A DNA stretch of 64,000 nt from Cenococcum geophilum (Eukaryota), in NCBI GenBank assembly GCA_050273025.1, contig CP158635.1:14322001-14386000 (forward strand). The letters are read 5' to 3'. The notes beneath the pieces were generated by a model, which was not told where the DNA came from, searched no databases, and saw only the letters and a list, made by a program, of their open reading frames with translations. Of this stretch, positions 1 to 12,949 are shown piece by piece. The position numbers and the translations under genes are program-made. Within the stretch, counting starts at the first letter, position 1; every line of letters begins with the position of its first letter.

Positions 1-758
1 AGATCATCATATCTGCAGACAACATACTTCACGTCCGTAGCATGGAAGTTGATCGCATCCACATAGTGGATAGCAAATGCTCCGTCAAAAACCCCAACGT
101 TCGTACCGCCGCACCCTCTCTCACACCAGCCGTCTAGGGTTGGGAACGGGAAATATTAGACCCTGGTTCGGTTAAAGGGACTAGTAATGTTGAACGGAGC
201 AGTCAAGAAGTAGAACTCTGTCAAATTAATGTAGGCTGTTGAGCCTCAATATATACAGTCAAGTCAAATGGCCAAGACACCCCTGGTCTATACCCACAAA
301 GGAAACAGGACGGCGATCGCAATTAGCGCGTCGTTCGACAGGTAAGGCCTTCCACGACATATATCATGAAGTATTCTTATATGGCCTCTCTGAAAAAGAG
401 ACAGAAGATAGCTTTGTGCTCTATGATGAACTTCTTGGCTTTTCACAGCCGTCAAGTGAGCTTGACAATGGAGACCCAGAATTACAATCTTTTGCTAGGC
501 GTGCGCTCGATAGTGTCAATTGGCAGCGTCCATTTTGTCACTAACACTGGTCTAGTCGGGAGAGCTTACGACGGAGAGGTAATTTCGGAGGGAGACGTTG
601 TGTGTTATTTGAAAGGCGGCTATTCACCCCTATTTCTGCGTTCAGATGGTGATCCTTTTGTTTTCCTGGGGTCATGTATTTTATATAGACATAATGATAC
701 GAGTGTTCAAGCGGAGATGTTGAATCAAGGTCCATGTCAGTCTTTCGATATCATCTGA
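1..758 (+). pseudogene. 3' part of a HET-6-like (heterokaryon incompatibility) gene, frameshifted
   Basis: C-terminal motif FVTNTGLVG...EGDVVCYLKGGYSPLFLR...FVFLGSCILY resembles HET-6-like C-termini. It lies in a different frame from upstream RALDSVNWQRP (extra T in ccattttgtc, ~532-535). Upstream LHVRSMEVDRI frame stops at ~135. Confidence 0.6.
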
Positions 759-1005
759 GAATTACTTCTAGCTTTCAAACAAAGCCTCAATTTCTTGGTA
801 AATGCAGTACAAAGGCTATCCAAGAGTCAAATGAAGTGAAATTCTATGCCTGTTGGTATCAAAGATCACTGAGCGTAGGGCAGAGGGCCGAAGTGATCTG
901 CGCTAGGGTCTTGCTCTCGCTTCGGTGGTGGCTTGCAAGGCCCACCTCATCGAAACATACGCCTCTTCTAACTTTCTAAAGCGGCCTCATCCATCAAAAA
1001 ATGCA

Positions 1006-2678
1006 ATGCGAAGGGTGGTAATAACTGGCCTCGGCGCTGTCACACCTCTTGGACTTGGTAAATAGCCAAGAATCACCATCTTAGGGGCTCAATTTGACAT
1101 GTATAGGCGTGCGCCGCACATGGAAACGCCTCCTTGATGGTCACTGCGGAATCGTCTCCATTACGGACAAAAGCCCTCAATTCGCTGCCCTTCCTAGCAG
1201 GATAGCAGGATTGGTTCCGAAAGGGCGCAGAGATGAAGGAGAATGGAATCCGAAAGAGTTGCTGAGCCCCGGTGTATGTACCATGGGCTAGAGAGAACTG
1301 TTTCAGGCTAATAAGTCTTTAGGATGAACGGAGGATGGCTAGATTTGCACAGTATGCTATGGCGGCATCCAAGGAGGCACTAGATGATGCAGAATGGCAT
1401 CCGAAGAAAGCCGAGGATCTTGAAGCCACTGTAATGTTTTCCATTTAAAAAAGAACTCCCATGATCATGACACTGACTGAATCAGGGGGTGTATATAGGG
1501 TCCGGCATTGGAAGCCTTGACGATGTCTATGACACTACAGTTTCGTTTGAAAAGGGAGTCAGTATCCCAAGATCTGTCTCATCTAGTTTTGCTAGTTTTA
1601 CTGATGATATAGATAGGGATACAAGAAAGTTTCACCGCTCTTCGTGCCTCGTCTGCTAATCAACCTAGCCGCTGGCCATATATCAATGAGATATGGATTC
1701 AAGGTGTGTACCTTAATCTTAGCTATTAAAGCCAAAATACTACGGTCGCTGACGGATCGTGCAGGGGCCAAATCACGCGGCGACAACAGCTTGTACGACG
1801 GGGGCTCACAGCATCGGCGATGCAGCCCGCCTTATTATGTTTGGAGATGCAGACGTCATGGTTGCTGGGGGCGCAGAATCATGCGTTCACCCACTTGCAA
1901 TCGCTGGGTTTGCTCGGGCGAGAAGTTTGGCTACCGAATGGAACGACCAACCCAGTCTAGCTTCCAGGCCGTTTGATAGAGACCGAGCAGGATTCGTCAT
2001 TGGAGAGGGCGCTGGAGTCGCTGTTTTAGAGGTACGCTGCTGCCGAGTCGAAATCTCTCTTTACAAATACTGACTACTTGATACAGGAACTGGAACACGC
2101 AAGATCCCGAGGTGCTCGTATCTATGCAGAGCTGAAAGGATATGGCCTCTCTTCAGATGCGTATCGCATGACTGCACCACAGGAGGATGGTGAAGGCCCA
2201 TTCTTAGCTATGAAGCATGCATTGAGGCACGCCGGGATCCATCCCGGAACCGTTGACTACATCAACGCCCATGCCACCTCTACAACCCTTGGAGATGCAG
2301 CAGAGAACCGTGCAATTAAGGCACTGCTCTTGGGAGAACAGGGGAAAGAAAGTGCTTCCGAAATCAATGTGAGTAGCACTAAAGGTGCTATCGGGCATCT
2401 ACTGGGTGCGGCTGGATCGGTTGAGGCAATCTTCACGATTCTCTCTGTCTACCATGTAAGTCTCTTAAATATCTCCATATCTCATTCGAAGTCTCACAGC
2501 GATTTAGGACACCCTCCCACCTACTCTAAATCTTGAGAATCCCGGCGATCCGCCTGAAGAATTCAACTGCAACTACGTCGCCAAGACTCCACAAGACAAG
2601 CACATTAACGTTGCCTTATCCAACAGCTTCGGTTTCGGCGGCACGAACGCTAGCCTCTGCTTCAGCAAGTACAAATAG
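1006..2678 (+). CDS. CEM1: Mitochondrial 3-oxoacyl-ACP synthase (FabF/OXSM-like), multi-exon
   Basis: [16 protein letters not shown] start, [14 protein letters not shown] (catalytic Cys), [40 protein letters not shown] introns join the ORF pieces. Confidence 0.93.
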
Positions 2679-2941
2679 ACACAATACATCACCTAGTGTT
2701 TACACTAAATGACGTCCACTTTGAGCCTATACGTGATCCCTGTCATAATCACAGGCTACCCCACGCGATAACGCTTTTAGCGCAATGCAACCCCCACTAC
2801 ATATTGAACCTCCTTCGCTATCTCCGCTATGAATTATAAGGATACTTCTGTACTTTCTTCTATCCTTGACTTGTGAATTGCACTGGGCCTAGTGCTCAAT
2901 GTCCGCAATTGGGCGCCCTTGAATCCTTTTCTGCCGCCAAT

Positions 2942-4618
2942 ATGGCGGAGCCATCACCTCTCCCCTTGCCCTGCTCTGCCGATGACAAGCCTTCTTTTCT
3001 GAAGAGCTTCTCTTCCAAGGCTGCCGTATATCATGGTCGCGTTCCGTATATTAGCAAATTACCTTTTCCGGCTGTTGCAATAATTATAGTCATTGCTGTA
3101 GTTAATGTACTGGTGTGGGCTGCGGTCGGGATTGTCCTCGTACGTCAACTACATTGGAAGTCGAACTAGTAGAAATTCAAAGAGCAAACGCTAACCAAGA
3201 GTCATGACCAGAATTTCCATGGGTACGCACCTCTCTTCCTATTAATACCAACACTCGAAATATGGAACTAATGTCCAATGCTATATAGTGCCCTCATATC
3301 AACAGCTATACTATCATACACGCTGGGTTTACGGCATGCACTGGACGCAGACCACATTTCGGTGCGTCAGGCATATTAAACAGCTTCAAGAAACAAGGCA
3401 CTAACAACGCTAGGCTATCGACCTCATGACACGCCGTCTTATCGCCGCCGGCCAGCGCCCCGTGACAGTCGGGATGTTCTTCTCACTCGGCCATTCGACG
3501 TACTTCACCCTCCTTTCATACCACACTAACCCAAAAAATCCCTGTTGACCCCGCCATAACATAGCATCGTCGTGATAACCTCCATCGTCGTGGCCGCCAC
3601 CGCGTCCGCCGTCTCCTCCAAATTCTCCTCCTTCTCACGCGTCGGCGCCATAATCGGCACCTCCGTCTCCGCCGGCTTCCTGATCCTGCTCGGAATCATG
3701 AATCTCTACATTTTGTATAAGCTAGTACAGCAGATGCGGATGCTGATCGCGACGCGACCGGGGGAAGAAGAGGGGTTCAAGATACAAGGCGCTGGGTGTT
3801 TGTTTCATCTTTTCAAGAAGATGTTCAAGCTGATTGATCGGTAGGTGTTATTCCAGTGTCCTGAGTGCAATATCGGCAGGGGAGATAACCGAGTGAAGCG
3901 GGATGGAGAATACCGACTAATCTGGTGTCTTTTCTGAAGGCCATGGAAAATGTACCCTCTAGGCATCCTGTTTGGTCTCGGCTTCGACACTTCCTCTGAA
4001 ATCGCACTGCTAGGCATTTCCTCCATTCAAGCAACCAAGGGCACTTCTATCTGGCTCATCCTACTTTTTCCCGTTCTCTTCACTGTGGGCATGTGCCTGC
4101 TTGATACTATCGATGGTGCCCTGATGATGACCTTATATACCAGCACCGCGCTGGCCAGGGATCAGATCGCGATTCTGTACTATAGCATTGTGCTGACGGT
4201 CATCACCGTCATAGTCGCGATGGTGATTGGTGTCATCCAGATGTTGAGTTTGGTGGTGAATGTCGCTAATCCGAAGGGAGCATTTTGGAATGGCGTAGAA
4301 AGAGCCGGTGAGCACTGGGATGCTGTTGGTATGTTGCGGAGCTAGGCTAATTATTCTAATATGAATAAGATGAGACTAATATATACTATCCCAGGTGGTG
4401 CAATATGCGGCTCCTTTGTCCTATTCGGTGGCTTAAGTGTGCTGCTCTACAAGCCCTGGCGGAGGCGAATTGACCACCGGCGAGGGCAGCGAGCACAGTT
4501 TTCTAGCGTATCGCAGACTCTAGAAGAGGAAGTAAGCGGATCGGGCTTCGAGAGCCGAAGAGACGGAGATGGCGGTGGAAGACACGGTAGAAAAGAGTTG
4601 GCAATGGGCCTCAAGTGA
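2942..4618 (+). CDS. NIC1: High-affinity nickel permease (NiCoT/HoxN/NixA family), multi-exon
   Basis: GLRHALDADHIS, FFSLGHST, MYPLGILFGLGFDTSSE and GMCLLDTIDG signature motifs; includes an 11-nt exon at 3212-3222. Confidence 0.93.
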
Positions 4619-4975
4619 GCATTCAAGGTATCGAAATTGAGGCCAATAAGAACCACCACAGTGGCAAGAGTTGTAGTAATGAGAATGGCGATCAATTAGC
4701 TATTATTTGAGACTCTAGTTCAAAGCCGTAGAGCTAGAGGTGCCGCGGAAGTGTGGAAGGACATGCCGAGTAAAAATAGCCAATAGAACTCAAGCCACAG
4801 TATCTGACAATGCAACTGGAAATTCTCGGACAAGCCTTAGCAGCTGCAGCTAGCTTTTGTGAGCAGCGCCTAACACCCTTCAATGGCATCGTGGGATGTT
4901 GTGAGAAGCTATGGAGTTGAGGCCCTGAATGATATTTAGCAATGCAGCGCCTTCATGCGTCGATTCTACCTCACC

Positions 4976-5173
4976 TTACCCCGTAGATCCGCAACTCATT
5001 AGGCCAATTCGCTTTCTCAGGCCTTTAGTCGAAGGAATATCAAGCTCTTCAATGTCCACAGCGGTGCATTTAGCTCCATGGAGGCAGAAATACTGAAATC
5101 TGCGTCTTCGGTCTTCCGCGTAAACTTCGTCGGGGTCGTATCCGCAAGCCCGAAGTGCTTCACGCCATTCACG
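4976..5173 (-). pseudogene. 3' end of the TE-disrupted HeLo-like-N/ankyrin host gene
   Basis: Reads REWREALRACGYDPDEVYAEDRRRR...GSTG* and joins in frame to 34461-34500 when the insertion and one TSD copy are removed. Confidence 0.75.
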
Positions 5174-5554
5174 CAGCGATCTTGTTGGATTGGAGTGGAG
5201 CGGATTTAGGGGTTAAATCCACTCCAAAGCTGCCAGAGCTCCCAGAGCTCCACAAACGCTAAACCTAAATAGGACTAACGGTTACCTATCCCTTCGTCTG
5301 GCAAGTTTTCATGGACTTTTCGTATATGCACGCCTCATAAGCCAATCTAGAGGCTCTATACTATATAGAGCTTAGTGTTGAAGCCTCTGGTTAGTGCGGT
5401 AGCAAGGGTGCTGGCGCCTTATTAACACTTGAATATTGCGGTAAATAGTAGCAACGTGGCCAGGAAGCCTATAATATTTGGTATAGTTAATCTAAAAGCT
5501 TTAATATTGTTGCCGTTTATTTAATTATTAAATTACCAGTAAAATATCGTTCTT

Positions 5555-7772
5555 ATGCCGCCTAAAAAAAGTCATACTTTTTTGGCTCTAAAGCTTCTAA
5601 AGCCTCTAAAAGTACCTTAAGCCTAGAAGTCCTATTTATAATCCTTTTAAGTGACGTAGTATACACATAATAGCGTGTCGGCAGTAGCTATGCAGTAGGT
5701 AGTAGAGGCTTAGCTAAGCAGCCAGATAGAGGATATTAAGGACGAATTAGAAGCCTCTTTTAAGGCCTATAGTGAGACTGCTAAGGATAAGGCAGATAAG
5801 GTAGATAAGACTAAACTACCAGAGCTATTAGCTGAAGAAGTTATAAGAATGGGCCTTTCTGCTATTCCTACTTTATAGGAGCCTATAGCTGCTATTCCTA
5901 AACTAGATCTTAAAGTTATTAACCTTTTAAATAAGTTAATATTCGCCGCTTGGCGTACTAATAAGCCTATTAGTGGCATTAACGCGGATATTAAATTTAA
6001 TAACCTTCCTAATTAAAAAGAGGATTATAAGCGCTATGCTTATTATACGCTAGTAGATTAGATTAGTATAGTATTTAGCGGATATAAATCTAGATAGGAC
6101 CTACTAATTTAAGTATTTCTATTATTCTTTAGTATTAGTATATTTAAGAAGCTTGCGATTAATATAAACCTATATATAGCCTCTTAAAATACTAGCGGAT
6201 ATTACTAATTAGGATAATATACGGGTAAATAATTACGGGCGTAGAAGGAGACCTCCGCTAGCGAATTAATAATTTAGGTAGGGCTTATTATCTATATAGG
6301 TGTCTTTAAAGGCACTTAGGTGCTAGATCTTTAGGCCGTAGATCCTAAATATCTTAGATACTTAATTAGCTTATTTATAGGCCTAAAAAGATAGGAGCAA
6401 CTTAAGCGCTTTTTTTATATCTTACTACCTTTACTAAAGGGCGTTAAACGTTAAGTCTTTAAGAAAATTAAGCTATTAACAACTTCTTTAGGCGAGGCGT
6501 TTAGAAAGTATATTATACCTAGATCTATAGTTAGCTTTAATAAGATAATAGTAAGGTTTATTAGACAATCTATGGTTATAATTAAATTGCCTAGTAAGCT
6601 AGTACTAGAGGGCTTTAAGATAATAAGCCTTTATTAATATAGATATTGGTATAGCTTTATATTTACCTTACCTAGCTACTTTTTTAGGCTTCCTTCTTAA
6701 ACAGATTATTAAGATATTATTCTCTTAAATACCTCTAAGTATATCCTCTACCTTACCCAATAGCTTCCTCTTTAGGCTTATTAATTTTGCCTATTTTTAA
6801 ATAACTACTTTATAAATATTCCGTTACTCTAGGTGCTTTAATAATTTAGAATTGCTATAGCTAGCACAGCTTAATTAAACTTAAAGGACTATCTAGAGGT
6901 ATATAAAAGGGCTAATAAAAAGAAAAAAAGGCTACCGTTTAACTTTATTACAGAAGTAGTTATTAGCGTAGTTAATTTAATACTTTTAATTATATAGTAG
7001 GATAAGAATTTAGTACGGTTTTTAATAATAGTTTACCTATATAGTAATAAGGACGTTAATAAAGTTAATTAACGTTAGTTGTAGGTATATAATTCCTTTC
7101 TTAAGAAACTAGTAGCTAATGTTTAGGGCGATAATTTAATTAAGAAGTTAACGCTACCTAGGCTCTTTATCGACTATAATAACTAAATGGGCGGCATTAA
7201 TATTTATAATTAGCTTTAAAGCTACTATACTACCTAGATCACTACTATATATACTTAACTACCCTTATTCTTTTAGGCGCTTAATACGGCTATAATTAAC
7301 GCCTATATTATTAGTAAAAAGATCTTCTAAATATTAAGGAAGTACCTCTAAACCTACCGCCGTTTCTATATATAATTAGCATAGAACCTTATTATTATAG
7401 GCAGTTAAAAAATAGGCCTAAATAAGCATAATACTAAGCATCTTCTTTATTAAAACTTACTAAAATATAGGTAATATTAATCTAGTATTAGGCCTAGTTA
7501 TAAAAATAAAACAAATTAAAAAACCACCTACGTTATAGCTAAAACCCTACTACCTATAATTTAACGGTATAAGACGCGAACTTACCGTTCTATTAAAAGC
7601 TTTATAAGGAAGTAAGGCTATAAGAGCCCACTAAAGTGCTAGATATATAGATGGAAGAAGGTAAAGAAGCTTATAATAAAGGTTAGGTAAATAGTATATA
7701 AATATAAGGCTTATAGGCTTCCTCTATACCTTTAGTGCTTTAACAACTTCTATTTAGTAGGTAACGACTAAG
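5555..7772 (+). pseudogene. piggyBac (DDE_Tnp_1_7-type) transposase, RIP-inactivated
   Basis: Reversing C>T/G>A gives SFDEMMVRFxGRS...KPVPEGFK (~6530-6620), LFLDNYFT (~6790), WQDK (~7000), DYNxxMGGID (~7170) and PLFFWALDTAxINAY (~7260); many TAA/TAG stops. Confidence 0.85.
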
Positions 7773-8199
7773 TAACTATTTTAAGCCCTCTACTTCCTTA
7801 CGCCCCTAATATTAAGACTCTAAAGCTAACTAAGCCTTTAGTGCAGCGTCCTGCTTAGCCTCCTTTAAGTCCTTCTCTACCGCCTTTAATTAATCCCGTC
7901 AGGAAAACGGGGAGTGGCGTAGGAAATTTAGTTTCGCTAAAAGCGTTTTTAGGGCCCGGGGCTAGCTTTCCGCCATATTCGCCAAAGCCCGGAGCAATGC
8001 GCCAGCACTACGCTAGCTAAAAGTATAATACTTAAATAGCCATGGCTAATAGAGCGCAATATTACACATATTGCAGCAATATGCCAGCTTATAGCTATAA
8101 AATAGATATTATTACCATTATTACATTTATCGCAGATATTATATATCTTGCTATTATTAAAATCTATATTTATAATTATGCGTTTCTTTTACGGCTCTA

Positions 8200-11100
8200 A
8201 CTCTTTATATATTTACTAGCAGCTTATTTACCTTTTAAAAGAAAATCCTTATTATATAATATATTAAACTAATTAAAATTAACCCAAGGATTAATAATAA
8301 AGCTCTAGGGCTCTAACCTAAGCTTTAATAGCACTATATGCGCGCTACGGAGCACCAATAAAAGGTTATAAATACAACGTCCACTAATACTTTGTTGGCA
8401 CTTTGCAAGAGATTACTGCCATGGCTCCACCTCTACCATACCGTAAAAATCGTTTACGCGGCCTATATCTTTAAGACAAAGCAGGTCAACCAAAACACCT
8501 ATATATTAAAGCCGCCTACCCTATAAGTTTAACCTCTCTTTATCTATAACTGTAATAATCAGTTAAGCTTTTTTAGGAAGTATACCGCTAAAAGGGTATA
8601 TCTGCCTAGAAGTGGCAGTTTACGTATACTCTTACACCTATAAATAGTCTCGTCTCCATTTACCTTGGCTCTGCCAATTATATACGTATTAGATAAACTC
8701 TTTAGCTATAAAGTTAAGGTTCTTTCTATCCTGCTTCTAACATTACACTAAGTTATAAATGCACATAAAGTATAAGCCTACTTTAGAAGAATCCTCTTCT
8801 CTACAATCCATTTAAATATTAGTAGTAGAGGTTCTATCCTACTTATTACAGTTCTCTTGTAAAAACACAGCTAGTGCTTTAATAAAACCAGAAAGCCCTA
8901 TTTCGTTTTCAACTTAATATACCCAGCGCCATATTTTAATTAGGATACTAGCCTCTTCTGCTATATATCTATCGTCCTAGTTAATAAACCAGCCCATATC
9001 GGTTAGGTCTACTAGTTGTGTCGGGGTTATAGCGTAAACTACCTCAGCAATGTCTGCTGGCGATAAAGGTTTTATCACTTTAAGCATATAGAGTTCTTCT
9101 ATTACCATTATTTGGAGGTACCGGGTATTATAATAGAGTAATTGCTCCTAGTAGTTAGAGCGCTTATTTATACAGTTAAAGAATGCCTTTACTAGAAGTT
9201 TGTGCATAACCTTACTATACTTAACGTCTATACTAGTAAGGCTACCTATCTTACGGATGTAGTAGGGGTAGTAGGTAAGAGTATAAAGTTTTAGAATATT
9301 AAAGTGCCGTTCCTGCGTTGCGTGGTATAATAGGCGAAATCTAAAGAAAGCGGTTTTTATTTAGTCTATAATATAGAGTGCATATTCTATATACCTAATA
9401 GTATTATTGTTATATAAAGCGTATTATATAAGCATTATAAAGTCCAAGACTACTTAAGCATATAGCATTACTCCTATATATTCCTTTAGTATAAGGGGTA
9501 CTAATACTACTATAAGCTATTACATTATATCCTTCCGGAGATGGCCTATCTATTAACTAACTAATATAAACTCTTTAAACCGTTTCATACTAATAAATTC
9601 CGGTATTTAACTAAATTGTTTATTTAGTACGGCATTAATATAGTCTTTAGTTAAACCCTGCCACTTTAGTTACCCTTTTAATCGCCATAGTTTTACATTT
9701 TTAAGTAAGAGATTCTTAATCTAGTCAATTAGGTCGGTTGCTATCCCTTTTATAAGCTAGTGTAGTATATTAGGAGTCATATATATATATAGATATTTAC
9801 TAAGTAATGCTTCTAGGTAAAGTTTTATCGTGGGTAAACCCAAGTATTATCTAACTATTTAATATTCCTTCTAAATTGGAGCTCTATTTATTATCTTATG
9901 CTTATATAATTACAGAACTTCCATTTAACCTAGAGATTTCCTTACTAGTCGGGCGGTATCTAGCATATAGTGCATTGTTAAAAATTCTTTACACCTACAA
10001 TTACAACTTACTCCTTATAGTCTACCATTATTAATAAGATAATAGGGTAACATACTCTTATCTTTCCGTCTATATAGGCAATATAAATACCAGTCTTTAA
10101 AATCATTTCTAGCGCTTAAGATGCCATTAGTTAGTAATATATGGGTAGGTGGCTTAAAGCACTTACGGGCTAACATAAGTTCTATCGCGGTATAGTATAC
10201 TTCTAATTTAACCTACTCCTTCGTAATAGGAATAAACCCAAGTAATACTATACCCGGGCGTTTCTATACATAGCGAGTTCGGCTATCCAAGTTAAATACC
10301 GAAGCATACACTAAATATATTATTATTTTACCTTATTCGGACAATAAGGTCTTATTAGTCGCAATAACTAGCAGCACTACAGTAGCGCCTAGTAGAAGCT
10401 GGTCCTACTAATACTACCAACGGTTACTAGTATAAACTTCTATATACATCCGTAAATTATTGTTATTAAATAGTTAAACTAGGGCGTATATAAGATTTAG
10501 GGCAAATAGCCAGTGGCCTAGTAAGAACCGTAATACCTATATAATACTTCTGTATTAGATATAGTATTCAATCTATTTAATTAAATCCTTTCCTTTATTA
10601 ACTTACAACGTGCATTCTTCCCATTTTTCGGGCACAATAGCCTAGTTTAATTAATTATATCTCTAAAATAAGTCGTTTGAGTTCTTTATAGATATCTAAT
10701 CTTATAGTAGCGGAGTAAGCTAGGGGTCTCGTAGAAATCGATCAATAGCCCCCTATAATACTTTTTCTTAGACAAAGAATAGGGCAAGTATATACTCTAC
10801 TTCACTTTAAAATAGGTAGAATTTAGTTCTACCGTTATTAGGTGGATTAGGGCATTGCTAATACAACTACGTCTCGTCTTTAGTCGCATAGTATTATACT
10901 AATTTACCAGCACCTCTCCCGGTAACCTCTATATAGCCTTTTATCTTAATAAATATCGTAGTTAATAACAATCCTCTCTCTTATAGGGGGGGTTTCGGTT
11001 AGTTAATAGAGGTCTCTATAGTAGGTACCTCACAGCATATAGCCTAGTTGTTTAACAGTAGGGTAGATATCCCTTTAGCAGTAATAATCGCTATATTATT

Positions 11101-11500
11101 ATTACGCAATACAAAGCCCTTGTCTTCGGAAGATATTTATTGGTTACAGTTAACAATTTCCAGTGTATTATCAAATCCGTTATCGGCAGTTTAATGGTCA
11201 AATGGGACTAGTTCGTTTCTATCTCTACATCTACGCCTTTTCTAGGGGTTGCTTTGCCTTTAGATTTCATCCTTATATTTATATTTTATTTTATAACGTT
11301 CCGCGCCGCTAGTAAAATATAGAATTATACGGGATCGGCCACATCTTCTATCCATAAAGTATGCGGTAACTATTATGGATTTAGCTAGTATTTACGGCTT
11401 ATTAACGCTTAACTTACTCTTATACTAGGGTAGTAATATATTAAGCAGATACAATATTATTATTTCCAGCTTTATAGTTAGTAAGGAGTAGAGTAGACAC
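8200..11500 (-). pseudogene. Plavaka transposase, RIP-inactivated
   Basis: De-RIPed minus strand ~10240-10560: LRFLLGH..F...L.YAP...RMYTEVHTGDRWW.QQDQLPPGATVVPLVIATDKT...YPVYASVFNL...R....PGMVLLGFIP; C-terminal VLRSAHMVP...FIINPWVDFDQFN.LY (~8250-8350). Confidence 0.82.
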
Positions 11501-11689
11501 ATATAGAGGGTTTTTTATAAACTGCTTACGCGTGGAGTTTATAAGGTATTATATAATCCGCCAACAATAAGACACCTAAAAATGCAATATCTGCAATATT
11601 AATAACTAGAAATAGCCTATTTCAAAAAAGTTTAGGGGCCTATAATTTATTACATACTACTAGCTCTACGTTATAGTAATTCTTACAAT

Positions 11690-12851
11690 ATTGCGGATAT
11701 CTAACTTTTGTAAATCACTGACCTTAAAATCCTCGCCTTCTATCTCCTATTAACACTACTAGATTTTAATTTCTTACAATTCCAGTTCCAGTGCACACTG
11801 CTAAACCCGTACGTTGGTTCGGTTTGCAATATCGCAAATATTAGCATGCTATATCGCATACCCAGGGCATACTATATATATAATAGTTGTAATATCGCCT
11901 CCTTGCATCCTTGTTTTCTACCTCTTAACAAAACCACCCAAGTTTTGGTTCCTGCGACCCCTAGCTCTAAGGCATATACCAAACCTACGCATTAGTACCA
12001 TTTACAATATCGCAAATATTAGCATACTATATCGCACACCCAAGGCATACTATATATACAATAGTCGCAATATTGCCTCCTTATAACCTTAGTTCTCGCC
12101 TTTTAACAGCACCACCTAAGTTCTAGTTCCCCTAATCCCTAACCTAGGGCACACCACTAGACCATTACATTAACATATTTTACAATATTGCAAATATTAA
12201 TGTACTATATCGCACACTTAAGGCATCTTATATATATAATAATTATAAACTTAACTTATTACCTTCTCGCATCCCAGCTGTACCTAGCACCAACAGGTTT
12301 TACTTCCCTAGAATTCTAAATCTAGGGCACACTTACAGCTCTATATAACTATAAGATTCCGTAATATTACAGTTATTTAAGCATCGCGCTGTATACCTAA
12401 GGAATGGAATACGTGCATTGTCTATAATATCCAAATCCTCTACCTAAGCTTTTAATCTATATCTTCTACACAATAATTATATTTTCCTAGAATCCCAGTT
12501 ATAAAACACCTCTACCCTTAGGCGATTATACGTTTTCGCAATATTGCCAATATCTAGGGTTAGTGCACTTTTACTTTTATTTTTATGCTTATTTATAAAA
12601 TTAATTTACCTTACTATCGCGATTCTAGCTTCTAGTTGTTTACTTCTATAACATTTAACCCTTAACCTTCTCTTTTCTCTATTATATTTCCTACTATATT
12701 ACAAGCAACTTATAAAATGTTTTACTAACGGCGGTCTTCGCATTATATCCTTTCTTATATTTAAGTTTAGCAAGTTATATATCTTAGTCTATTAGTACTG
12801 CACTAATCTACCTATTTACTAATTACGCTAACCGATCATTCTAGAATCCAT
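11690..12851 (-). pseudogene. Putative Cys-rich repeat protein, copy 1, encoded by ~178-bp exon+intron tandem units
   Basis: Period ~178 bp (units at 11823, 12001, 12179, ~12358). On the minus strand each unit is a GTATGC/GTGTGC...(CTAA-like branch)...AG intron plus a ~120-123-nt exon ending CxxCxYxxPW after de-RIP. Confidence 0.6.
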
Positions 12852-12949
12852 ATTTTAACCCACTATTAGGGTTCTTCCCTCTATATAAATACCGTTTAGG
12901 ACGCCGAGACCGCTATCTAATTATCCTATAAGATAAACCCTAAGAGATT

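Noticed and set aside
1006..4618. Secondary-metabolite cluster around the ketosynthase
   Set aside because: It is a stand-alone type II mitochondrial KAS with no PKS domains or tailoring genes nearby.
11823..12540. Nucleosome-positioning satellite (178-bp period)
   Set aside because: The period is better explained by a 123-nt exon plus ~55-nt intron with conserved amino-acid motifs; not formally excluded.
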